DNA of 62,377 nucleotides, counting the filler, from Actinomycetota bacterium (GTDB lineage: Bacteria > Actinomycetota > Actinomycetes > JAKEEW01): assembly GCA_046725875.1 (NCBI GenBank). It is 5 parts of 5 records of this genome, joined end to end, with 100 filler letters (N's around TTAATTAATTAA, not from the genome) between each part and the next. Parts side by side here need not be neighbours in the genome. Positions count along the whole stretch, not along the records: positions 19,745 to 30,934 come from JBKOZJ010000180.1; positions 31,035 to 36,816 come from JBKOZJ010000181.1; positions 36,917 to 50,882 come from JBKOZJ010000182.1; 2 more parts are not named here. One strand, given 5' to 3'. The number at the start of each line of letters is the position of its first letter. Positions within the stretch are counted from its first letter, which is position 1. The translations under genes were made by a program, and so were the position numbers. Shown here in pieces: positions 30,631 through 39,393 of the stretch. Below the pieces are notes generated by a model. It was not told the DNA's origin and made no database searches. It saw only the letters and a program-made list of their open reading frames with translations.

Positions 30631-30810
30631 GTACCCGAGTCCGGCTCGCCGCCGGAGGCGCCACGATGACGGAGGTTGCGCAGAGCAGTGAACGCGTGAT
30701 CCACCAACTCCCGGGCCGGCCGGCCGGTCAGCGTGGCGACAAAGGCGACGCCGCACGCGTCGGCGCTCATACTGTCCCGAGTAGAGGCCTTGCGGCGGCG
30801 GGCCGTGCAT
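30631..30810 (-). pseudogene. gltB: N-terminal remnant of glutamate synthase large subunit
   Basis: PPQGLY..E / [31 protein letters not shown] with a frameshift near 30763, then abrupt truncation. Confidence 0.88.
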
Positions 30811-30934
30811 GCGCTCTCCCGTCGTCTCGGCGAAGAGAAGATCTGCACACCGGGACGGCGTTGGCCCGCACGGGGCGCTGGTAGCGCGATCATCCTCGGA
30901 TGTACCAGCGCCTCGTTTCGTCAGGGTAACCGGG

Positions 30935-31034
30935 NNNNNNNNNNNNNNNNNNNNNNNNNNNNNNNNNNNNNNNNNNNNTTAATTAATTAANNNNNNNNNN
31001 NNNNNNNNNNNNNNNNNNNNNNNNNNNNNNNNNN
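30935..31034. other. Artificial contig spacer
   Basis: N run with TTAATTAATTAA at 30979-30990. Confidence 0.99.
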
Positions 31035-33669
31035 CCCCGTCCGGGCGGGCGATCGTCGGGTTGAAGTCGGCCTCTACCAGTTGCGGCACGTCGCTGGCCA
31101 GCTGCGCCACGCGCGCCAGCGCGTCCGCCACGGCCGCAGTGTCCACCGCTGGACGGCCGCGGTGCGCGCCGAGCAGCCGGGCGATCTTGCCGGTTTGGAG
31201 CATCTCGGCGATGTCGGCGCCGGTCAGCGGGGCGAGGCGGGCGACCCGCTCGTCCAGCACATCCGTGTCGGTGCCGCCGAGACCGAGGACGACCAGCGGG
31301 CCGAAGACCTCGTCCTGGCTGATCCCGACCAGCAGCTCGACGCCGACGCTGGCCATTGGCTGGACGACCACGCCCTGAAGGGCGCCGCCCGACCGTTCTG
31401 CGAGCTGCCGGTACGCCGAACGAACAGCCTCTCCCCCGGTAACGCCCAGCAGTACGCCGCCGATGTCGGTCTTGTGAACAAGATCTGGCCAATAGGCCTT
31501 GACCGCAACCGGTCCCCCGATCACGTCTGCGATGGCGACTGCTTCGTCCTCGGTCAGAGCGAGTCGCTGCGTCACGAGTGGGATCTTGTACGCGTCAAGC
31601 AGCCGGGCGCAGCGCTGTGGATCGAGCCAGCCGCCCTCCGGCTGCTCGATCAGGAACTCATCGACGATCGCCTTGGCAGCGTTGGCGTCCACGCCTTCCG
31701 GTCGCAGCGCCTCGCCCGCGGGCCGCTCTCGCCACCGTGCGTGGGTGTTCGCGTGGCCGAGAGCGCGGGCGGCCAGATCGGCGTCGGAGTAGCTGGGGAC
31801 GAGCCCGGCCGTGCCGCACCGCAGTGTTGCGACAGCCTCCGGCTGCGAAACGTTAACGGCAAGTAGAGGCTTGCCGTAGGTCTCAGGCTTCTGGCAGAAG
31901 GCGGGCAGGAGGTTGCCCAGCGCAGTGGGTGCGACCAGCGCGAGCACCGTGTCGACGGCGGGGTCGGCGGCAAGCCGCTCGATGGTCGCCCGCAGGGCGT
32001 CGGCCGTGACAGCGGCCGTCGTGTCGACCGGGTTGGTGACGCTTGCCGCGGCCGGAAGGATCTTTCGAAGATCCTGCTGCAGGTGGGCTGGGAGCGGGGT
32101 CACGGTGAGTCCGGCCTCTGTGCAGGCGTCGGCCGCCAAGACTCCGGCGCCACCGGCGTTGCTCACGATCGCGACTGAAGGCCCGCTGGGCAGCGGCTGG
32201 TGGGCGACCAGCGCGGCGGTGCCGGCCAGCTCTTCGAGGCTGCGGGCGGCGATGATGCCGGACTGGACGAAGAGCGCCTCGCGAGCCGCCGCCGGGCTGG
32301 CCGCCGCGGCGGTGTGGGATGCCGCCGCTCGCTGACCTGCCTCGGAACGACCCCCCGCGACCGTGAGCACAGGGATGCGACGGGCGAGATCGCGGGCGAG
32401 GCGGCCGAACTTGCGCGGGTTCCCGAAGGACTCCAGGTAGAGGATGGCTAGCTCGGTCTGCTTGTCGGCGGCCCACCACTGGAGCATGTCGTTGCCGCTG
32501 ACGTCGTATTTGTCGCCGACGGAAACGAAGGTGGTGATGCCGACGCCGAGGCGGCCAAGGTGTTCCAGCAGGGCGATGCCGACACCGCCGGACTGGACGA
32601 TCACCCCGGCTCGGCCCGAGATCGGGCGGTATCTCGCGAAGGTCGCGTTCAACATGGTCGGCACCTGAGCCGTTGCGATGCCAAAGCAGTTCGGTCCGAC
32701 CAGCCGTATGCCGTGCCGGCGGCACGTCGCAAGCGAGTTCGCTCCGGTCGCTTGATCAAGGCCGGAGGTGACGACGACGGCCGCTCGCACACCTCGCGCC
32801 GCGCACTCCTCAGCAACTTCCGGCACGGTGGCGGCCGGTACAGCGATCACCGCGAGATCGGCTGGAGCCGGAAGTTCGTGCACGGATCGATACGCGGGCA
32901 CGCCGCCGATCGTCTCGCCCGCGCTGACGGAGGCGTTGACCGCGTAAATTGGCCCGTCGAAGCCGAAGTTTGTGATGTTGTCGAGGATCGCCCGGCCGAC
33001 CGAACCCGGGCGCCGACCGGCACCAATCACAACGACAGACTTCGGGTGCAACAGGGGCCGCAGGCTCTCGACATCGGCGATGCGCTCCCGGTTGGCGACC
33101 GCGCGCAGGTAGCGCTCATCCTCGGTCAGGTCGATGACGAGACGGCTCGACCCGGACTCAAACTTCCTCCTGACCGACAGACCGGCGTCCGCGAATACGC
33201 GTTGCATGTCGTAGTTGTCGGACAGGACGTATGCGACGAACTCCCGGACGCCGTTCCGCCTGGCCACGACCGCGAGGTGCTCCAGTAGGAGCGTGCCCAC
33301 GCCTCGGCCGTGATAAGCCTCGTCGACCACGAAGGCGACCTCAGCCTGGCCCGGCTGCTCGGCGCACGTGTACTCGACCACCCCAATGATCTTCAAGTTG
33401 AGTACGGCCACTAGGGCCGCGTATCCGGGCCGGGGCTGGTCGCAGATTCGCCGGGCCGACTCCTCCCCCGCTCGCTTGCTTGTACCGAAGAAGCGCATCC
33501 GCCTGCTGTCGTCTGACATCTCCTTGTGCAGACGACGCACCTCGTCCAGGTCGGCCGGTGTCGCGAGCCGGATCTCGACAATCGTCCCGTCGGCGAGCAA
33601 GGCGAACGTGGGACGGTGCTCTGGAGTCAGGTTAGCGGGCCGCTGGGGCCGGACCTCTGTGATTGACAT
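31035..33669 (-). CDS. GNAT acetyltransferase fused to ADP-forming acyl-CoA synthetase (CoA-binding + ATP-grasp), Pat-like; 3' cut by contig end
   Basis: AEVAFVVDEAYHGRGVGTLLLEHL (GNAT), VGPNCFG, QSGGVG, YLESFGNPRKF, AASHTAA, NPVD, VHKTDIGGV. Confidence 0.92.
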
Positions 33670-33671
33670 GG

Positions 33672-34382
33672 TCACTCCATTCGTCCCTGGACCGGGCTGC
33701 GCCAGGAGTCGGATGTAACGTCGTTCACCCTGGTGTCGTCGAGGTCGTACTGGAGCCGATCGACCACGTCGATGACGCCGTCAACGGCATAGGTGAGCCG
33801 TACCACAACAGGGATTAGCGCTTTCCGCTGCACCTGTCCTTCGATAGTGACGACGCCGTCGGTCACGCTCAAGCGCACGGCACCCGGTGCAATACTCAGC
33901 GACTGTTCGAGCACCTGGGTCTCGATCTCGGCCCGAATGTCCTCGTCCGACCGCAAGAAGATCTTCAAGAGGTCGCGACGGCTGATGATCCCGACCAGCC
34001 GTCCCATCTCGTCGACGACCGGGAGGCGTTTGATGTGATGCCGGTCCATCTCCCGCGCGGCGCGCACCACGGAGGTCCGGTCCTCGATCGTGATCGCCGG
34101 CGCGGACATCAGCTCGCCTGCCGTCTCGGCGGCGGCCTTCCGTTTGCGGGCGGCCCCGGGCAGCGGCAGCATCGGCGGGCGGCCGTGCTCACCGGGATAC
34201 TCCTCCCGGACGAGTAGGTCGGCCTCAGTGACCACGCCGACAACATGACCCTCGGTGTCGAGCACGGGCAGGCCGCTGACCTTCGCCTCGGCGAGGACTT
34301 CTGCGACCCTCTTATATGACGTGTCGACGGCAACTGTCACCACGTCACGGGTCATCAGGTCTTGAACGGTGCGGCCTCTCAT
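33672..34382 (-). CDS. CBS pair plus BON domain protein
   Basis: VQDLMTRDVVTV..SGLPV..IKRLPVVD..GIISRRDLL then VTDGVVTIEGQV..VDGVIDVVDRL. Confidence 0.92.
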   Translation of the reverse strand: MRGRTVQDLMTRDVVTVAVDTSYKRVAEVLAEAKVSGLPVLDTEGHVVGVVTEADLLVREEYPGEHGRPPMLPLPGAARKRKAAAETAGELMSAPAITIEDRTSVVRAAREMDRHHIKRLPVVDEMGRLVGIISRRDLLKIFLRSDEDIRAEIETQVLEQSLSIAPGAVRLSVTDGVVTIEGQVQRKALIPVVVRLTYAVDGVIDVVDRLQYDLDDTRVNDVTSDSWRSPVQGRME

Positions 34383-35281
34383 CGGTTCCTCGCTTCCTGG
34401 TTACGTACGATCGCAATCGATGCGCTTGCGTGGCGGAGCACCGCCTGGCTGACCGAGCCCAGCACCATCCCAGAGAAGCGGCCACGGCCATGCGATCCGA
34501 CGACCAGGAGAGCCGCTCCGGCCGCCTCGTCGATCAGTGCGCGAACCGGGTGATCGAGCACCAGGATCGAGCTAACGCGTACATCAGGGTATTTCTCCGA
34601 CCATCCGGCGGCAGCTTCGGCAATGACCCGCTCCGCCTCCTGCTCACGCAAACCCGGCTTGGGGATGTCGAAGGTCCCGGGGAGCGGCGCGTCCTGCCAG
34701 GCATGGACGATCGTAAGCCCAAGCCCGCGCCAGTCCGCCTCCTCGAACGCGAAGGCCACAGCCGATTGAGACACCACGGAGCCGTCCACGCCCACGACGA
34801 TCCGGCCCCGCGCAGTCCCCGACGCGGGCTCACCGCGCTCGGGCATCCGGGTGACTATCACTGGGCAGTGAGCATGCGTGCTCACGTGGGCGGCTACCGA
34901 GCCAAGCCGCACCCGACTGGCGTCGAATCGGTCCCCCGAGCCGAGGACGACCAAGCGGGCATGATCCGACGCCGTCAGCAGCCCGGGCACCACCTGGCCG
35001 GTGATGACCTCGGCGCCGATCTCAACGTCCGGTGCGATGCTTCGAGCCCGGGCTGCGGCAGCATCGACGGTCTCGTGAGCTTGCTGGGTGCAGAAGGCGA
35101 GGATGGCGTCGGCGAGCTGGAGATCAAGCGGTCGCGATATCACCGGCGGATCGAGCACATGAACGATCCGCAGCGGCAGGTGCCGGATCGACGCTTCCCG
35201 TGCTGCCCATTCGAGGGCCAGCTCATCGCACTTCGACCCGTCAACTCCGACCACGATCGGTGGCCTGGTGATCGAACTCAT
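34379..35281 (-). CDS. Tandem-domain universal stress protein
   Basis: Two IVVGVDGS domains, LLVVGSHGRGRFSGMVLGSVS; ATGA overlap with downstream CBS gene. Confidence 0.93.
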   Translation of the reverse strand: MSSITRPPIVVGVDGSKCDELALEWAAREASIRHLPLRIVHVLDPPVISRPLDLQLADAILAFCTQQAHETVDAAAARARSIAPDVEIGAEVITGQVVPGLLTASDHARLVVLGSGDRFDASRVRLGSVAAHVSTHAHCPVIVTRMPERGEPASGTARGRIVVGVDGSVVSQSAVAFAFEEADWRGLGLTIVHAWQDAPLPGTFDIPKPGLREQEAERVIAEAAAGWSEKYPDVRVSSILVLDHPVRALIDEAAGAALLVVGSHGRGRFSGMVLGSVSQAVLRHASASIAIVRNQEARNR

Positions 35282-35348
35282 CGTTGACACCCCTCTTTGG
35301 TAGTGCACCACCCACTTCAGGTTCTGTCAGGGCCGTTGGCGGGTCGAA

Positions 35349-35384
35349 GGGGCGTGCGGCCTCCTTGGCCGGGACGTAGGTCCC
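35349..35384. promoter_or_regulatory. Tandem DosR/DevR-like boxes upstream of usp-cbs-pat operon
   Basis: GGGACGTAGGTCCC at 35371-35384 (perfect GGGAC-N4-GTCCC) and GGGGCGTGCGGCCT at 35349-35362, 22 bp apart. Confidence 0.65.
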
Positions 35385-35420
35385 ACCCGTCGGCCCGCCC
35401 GTCCAGCGGAAATCCGATGG

Positions 35421-35656
35421 TCAGAGAACGAGGTCTGCCACTGGGCGGACCACTGCGGGGTGTGCCACATGGAGCTGGCCGAGCGTGTAGCGGTGGAGCG
35501 CCACAGCCTGCCCGGCTTGAGAGTGTCACAGACCCAGTCCCAGTGGCGCGCCACGATGTCGCCGGCTTCGACCGCTGCGCCAAGCGTCGCTGGCACCACT
35601 GATGCAGGCCCGAGGACGAGCTCGCTTCCGGTCCAGTGGAGTGGCCGGAGCCGGAC
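35421..35656 (-). pseudogene. C-terminal remnant resembling DUF6390 family
   Basis: RPLHWTGSELVLGP..AGDIVARHWDWVCDTL then frameshift to QAVALHRYTLGQL; family assignment from memory of the HWDWVC motif. Confidence 0.55.
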
Positions 35657-35773
35657 ATATCGCGGGCGGCTCCGCGAGAGCGAGCAGGGCGACGCGCTGC
35701 TCGCGGCCGCGCACCTCGACCACGGCTACTCCGTCGTTCGCGGGAGCACGCGCCCCGCATAGCCGACGCACAT
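35657..35773 (-). pseudogene. N-terminal remnant of HypC/HupF-like hydrogenase chaperone
   Basis: RBS GGAGG, MCVGYAGRVL then frameshift to DGVAVVEVRGREQRVALLAL; C-terminal GDxVLxHxG part absent. Confidence 0.6.
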
Positions 35774-35792
35774 CACACCCCTCCGTGACCTC

Positions 35793-36467
35793 TCATGGCA
35801 TGGTCTTGAGCAAGAGGTGCTCGCTGTCGTCGTTGTGGTATGTGAGGTTGTTGATGACGTCGACAACGCCATCGACCGCTCGCACCATTCGATCGGCAAT
35901 CTCGAGCATGCTCTTACGATCGAGATTGCCAGACAGCATGACGATCCCGTCCCTAACCGTTGCCGAGTAGGTGGGCTCCTGGAGGAGCGCCCGCTGCAGG
36001 ACCTCGGTGCGGATCTCCTCCGCGATCTCGGCGTCCGGGCGAAGGAACACCCACAACAGATCGGCGCGGCTGACAATGCCGACCAAGCCCTCGGCCCCAA
36101 CCACCGGGAGCCGCTTAACGTTGTGTCTGGTCATCAGCTTGGCAGCGTCAACCAGGCTCGCACTTGGATCGATAGTCAGAACGGGTGCAGTCATTACGTC
36201 GCCGGCGAAGTCACCGGCCGCCTTCGCCCGAGACCGCCGCTCACCGCGGGACACTAGCCGCCGAGGCTCGGCGTCCTCGTGATACTGCTCCTTCCTGAGC
36301 AGATCCTCCTCAGACACGATCCCGACGAGGTGGCCCCCGCGGTCCAGAACCGGAACAGCGCTGATCCGCCGCTCGGTGAGCACGCGGGTGATCTCCTTGA
36401 ACGGCGTATCGATGTCGACGGTGACCACCTTCGGCGTCATGACGTCCGCTACCTTGAGATGCCGCAT
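35793..36467 (-). CDS. CBS pair plus BON domain protein (paralog of 33672-34382)
   Basis: VADVMTPKVVTV..ISAVPV..VKRLPVV..GIVSRADLL, VRDGIVMLSG..VDGVVDVINNL; RBS AGGAGG. Confidence 0.92.
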   Translation of the reverse strand: MRHLKVADVMTPKVVTVDIDTPFKEITRVLTERRISAVPVLDRGGHLVGIVSEEDLLRKEQYHEDAEPRRLVSRGERRSRAKAAGDFAGDVMTAPVLTIDPSASLVDAAKLMTRHNVKRLPVVGAEGLVGIVSRADLLWVFLRPDAEIAEEIRTEVLQRALLQEPTYSATVRDGIVMLSGNLDRKSMLEIADRMVRAVDGVVDVINNLTYHNDDSEHLLLKTMP

Positions 36468-36546
36468 GGTGCCCTCCTGACGGTGTATGTGCCTGTCGAT
36501 CTCCGTCTCTGTTTCGCACGCTAGGCCGGACATGTGGGGAGGTGCA

Positions 36547-36582
36547 GAGGCTTTTGGCCGAGCAGCTTGGGACCTTTGTCGT
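36547..36582. promoter_or_regulatory. Tandem DosR/DevR-like boxes upstream of CBS-BON gene
   Basis: GGGACCTTTGTCGT at 36569-36582 and GAGGCTTTTGGCCG at 36547-36560, 22 bp apart. Confidence 0.55.
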
Positions 36583-36771
36583 GCGAAACGACCGGGGGCA
36601 CAGTTCGGCGGCGAAACTACGTTGAGTGCTCAGGCGGCGCCGTGGGGATTCGAGCGAAGCGTTTGGGGGATGACTGTGTCGCTTTCTTCCCACAAGATCA
36701 CGACTGTGCCGCGGAGCCACCGACCTACCGCGAGGGGTCGGTTTCCGGGTCGGTTAGGGACCGACCTGCGC

Positions 36772-36816
36772 CTGTCTCTTATACACATCACCTAGCCCAC
36801 GAGACTCTCACACGCA
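36772..36816 (+). other. Untrimmed Nextera/Tn5 mosaic-end adapter plus probable 10-nt index
   Basis: CTGTCTCTTATACACATCaCCtAGCCCACGAGAC matches the Nextera adapter with two mismatches, followed by TCTCACACGC-A at contig end. Confidence 0.95.
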
Positions 36817-36916
36817 NNNNNNNNNNNNNNNNNNNNNNNNNNNNNNNNNNNNNNNNNNNNTTAATTAATTAANNNNNNNNNNNNNNNNNNNNNNNNNNNN
36901 NNNNNNNNNNNNNNNN
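36817..36916. other. Artificial contig spacer
   Basis: N run with TTAATTAATTAA at 36861-36872. Confidence 0.99.
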
Positions 36917-37429
36917 TCGATGCAGGCGATCTTCGAGAAGGCGCGGCTGAGTCCCGGCGCCGTCTACCGCTACTTCAAGAGCAAAGAGGAGATTGTCTAC
37001 GCGATCGCCTCGGAGGCACTCGGTGGGGTTGCGGGCGCCCTCGAGCCGGACGAGAGCGGACGGCCGCTTGGGCCGCCCGAGGTACTCGACCGCCTGTTCG
37101 ACGCGGCTGAAGGGATCCAGTTGCGCCCGGAACGAAACCGGCTCGCCGTTCAGGTCTGGGGTGAGGCGCTGCACAACCCGCGGATTGGCGGCTTTCTTCG
37201 CAAGCTCTTTGACGAGGTCAGGACGCGCATCGCCGACCAGCTACGGGATGCGCAACGGCGCGGTGCGCTGGCACCCACTGTCGACCCGGAGGAGACCGCT
37301 CGCGTTCTTCTCGCCATCGCACAGGGATTCGTGGTCCAAAGCAGCTTGGACGGAGAGTTCGACGCGGAGGCATTCCGCGCCGCCGCCCAGGAACTCGTCA
37401 CAAGCGCACATCCCCCAACCGAGCAATAA
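36917..37429 (+). CDS. TetR/AcrR family regulator, 5' truncated
   Basis: HTH SMQAIFEKARLSPGAVYRYFKSKEEI. Confidence 0.9.
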   Translation, partial: SMQAIFEKARLSPGAVYRYFKSKEEIVYAIASEALGGVAGALEPDESGRPLGPPEVLDRLFDAAEGIQLRPERNRLAVQVWGEALHNPRIGGFLRKLFDEVRTRIADQLRDAQRRGALAPTVDPEETARVLLAIAQGFVVQSSLDGEFDAEAFRAAAQELVTSAHPPTEQ

Positions 37430-37489
37430 CGCCCAGACCCGCGCGGACCGGGCCCGACAACGTAGGTCAGTCAGGGCGTTCTGTATCGG

Positions 37490-38263
37490 TTAAGTGCTTA
37501 GGTCGTCAGAGCGTCCGGCCCCGAGCCGGGACCACTGTGCGGTGGGGCGTCCGTTGGCGCGGAACTGCTCACCGGTGTTCTTCCACTGTTGGGGCCAGCC
37601 GGCCGGCGACTCCTCCCATGTCTCTTGCCGGCCGTAGACCGTCATGTCCAGCAGCCCGTAGCTGGGAGCCATCACCTCCGTGCCGCGGCCGGTGGTCCCG
37701 TACGTCTCGAACACTCGGTTACCGTGCCGCAGGTAACACACCAGCATCCCGAAACCTCGTCCGGCGAGCAGCGCGTCGCCGGAGTCCTTCGCCGAGTACC
37801 ACGGCACCTCCCACCCCATGAAGTCGCGGTATCGAACGCTCTCGTCGTACGAGCCCTCGCAGAACGTGGCGTAAGTAACGTCGCGGGAGTGCAGGTAGGA
37901 CAGCTCCCGCACCTGGCCGTTGAAAAAGGTGCAGCCCTCGCACTGGGCCTCGGCCGGTTGGCCGGCGTGCCACATATGAAAGTAGGCGACCAGCTGCGAG
38001 CGACCCTCGAAGACCTCCAGCAAACTCACCGGCCCGTGCGGGCCGATCAACGTAATGGCCGGGTTCAATTCGACCATCGGCAACCGCCGACGAGCCGCCG
38101 CGATCGCGTCACCTTCCCGAGTATGCGCCTTCTCCCGAACAAGCAACTTGTCCCGCTCGGCCTGCCAGGTCGCCCGATCGACGACGGTAGGCAGCGCAGA
38201 GGTGTCTGGTTCGCTCTTCGGCAGACCGGCGTTTCTCGGCTCTTCGCGCATGATCGCCTCCAT
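37490..38263 (-). CDS. DUF899 family protein (thioredoxin-like)
   Basis: REKAHTREGDAIAAARRRLPM, FEGRSQL, CEGCT, LDMTVYGRQETWE. Confidence 0.88.
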   Translation of the reverse strand: MEAIMREEPRNAGLPKSEPDTSALPTVVDRATWQAERDKLLVREKAHTREGDAIAAARRRLPMVELNPAITLIGPHGPVSLLEVFEGRSQLVAYFHMWHAGQPAEAQCEGCTFFNGQVRELSYLHSRDVTYATFCEGSYDESVRYRDFMGWEVPWYSAKDSGDALLAGRGFGMLVCYLRHGNRVFETYGTTGRGTEVMAPSYGLLDMTVYGRQETWEESPAGWPQQWKNTGEQFRANGRPTAQWSRLGAGRSDDLST

Positions 38264-38471
38264 CCAATGCGACTCCCCCGGTCGATCCCAAGGAAGACCA
38301 CAACCGGGCTAGGCAGATGGACTTCTCCGAGCTCGAGGCCTATGGCGGAGGGAGAACCTCCAATCTAGCTGTCCAGGGATCGTCGGTCCTCTCAGCTTGT
38401 TGAATCAGGCAAGATGGACCTGCGCGGTGTGGAGCCCGTGGAGGGTTAACGCCCGACAATCGCGACGGTGC

Positions 38472-38682
38472 GACCTGCACCTGGCCGTGCCAGCGATGAG
38501 CGAGGACCTGCGGCCCAGCGGCACCGAGCTGCTGTGGATCAACGACATTTACGGGTTCATGGTCGCCGGATTCCTGATCACCATGGGACCCTTGGCGACC
38601 CGATCAGCCGCCGTCGGCTGCTGCTTGCCGGCGCTGTCGCCTTCGGTGTCGTCTCGGTGGTCGCGGCGTTCTCCACCAGTTC
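38472..38682 (+). pseudogene. Fragment of DHA2 (QacA/SmvA-like) MFS efflux gene
   Basis: LHLAVPAMSEDLRPSGTELLWINDIYGFMVAGFLITMG, frameshift near 38590, TLGDPISRRRLLL..AAFSTS, then lost. Confidence 0.8.
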
Positions 38683-38901
38683 GCGAGCGAATGCTCTCGA
38701 CAGACAAAGGCGCCGAGCGACCCGAGCGCGCTGGTCAAGGGTCTTCTCATCCAGATGGGCCCCACCCTGGCGCTCGTGGCACTCTCGCTGCGCGGCGAGC
38801 GGGTGATCCGGTCGCCGGGCGGAGCGGTTCTCTTGGCGTACTAGCCTGGACAGTGCCGGCGAACGTACCGTCAGCCGAGCACAGCTATCTGTGGGGTCGA
38901 G

Positions 38902-39336
38902 ATGCGTATCAACGCCATACTCCGCGCCAAAGGCACACAGGTCGTTACCGTCCCGCCCGACACGGACGTGCGACAGCTTCTCACGGTGCTCACAGAGAAT
39001 CGAATCGGTGCTGTCGTCGTGTCGCGCGACGGAACCTCGGTTGAGGGGATCGTGAGCGAGCGGGACATCGTCCGAGCGTTGGCCGAGCGCGGCGCCGCGG
39101 TGTTGCCTGAGTCTGTCACGTCTATCTACACAGCCGACGTGCTCACCGTTACCCCCGATACACCCCTCGAAGAGATCATGCGCATGATGACCCAGCACCG
39201 GGTCCGGCACGTGCCGGTGGTGGTAGATGGTAGCTTGCGAGGGATTGTAAGCATCGGCGACGTGGTGAAGAACCGTATCGACGAGCTCGAAAGCGAGCGC
39301 ACCGCGTTGACCAACTACATCACAGGGAGCCGTTGA
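38902..39336 (+). CDS. CBS domain pair protein
   Basis: RIGAVVV..GIVSERDIV..VRHVPVV..GIVSIGDVVK. Confidence 0.92.
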   Translation: MRINAILRAKGTQVVTVPPDTDVRQLLTVLTENRIGAVVVSRDGTSVEGIVSERDIVRALAERGAAVLPESVTSIYTADVLTVTPDTPLEEIMRMMTQHRVRHVPVVVDGSLRGIVSIGDVVKNRIDELESERTALTNYITGSR

Positions 39337-39393
39337 GCCGAGTGGGCCAAAGACCGCTCCAACGGGGAGCAGCCATGGTTCGTGGCTGCGTGA

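Noticed and set aside
19356..36771. 289-bp inverted repeats bounding a 17-kb invertible or mobile segment
   Set aside because: The copies sit at ends of different contigs; an assembly overlap explains them
36772..36790. Tn5/IS50 end suggesting a transposon insertion
   Set aside because: It continues into library adapter sequence at a contig end and no transposase is present
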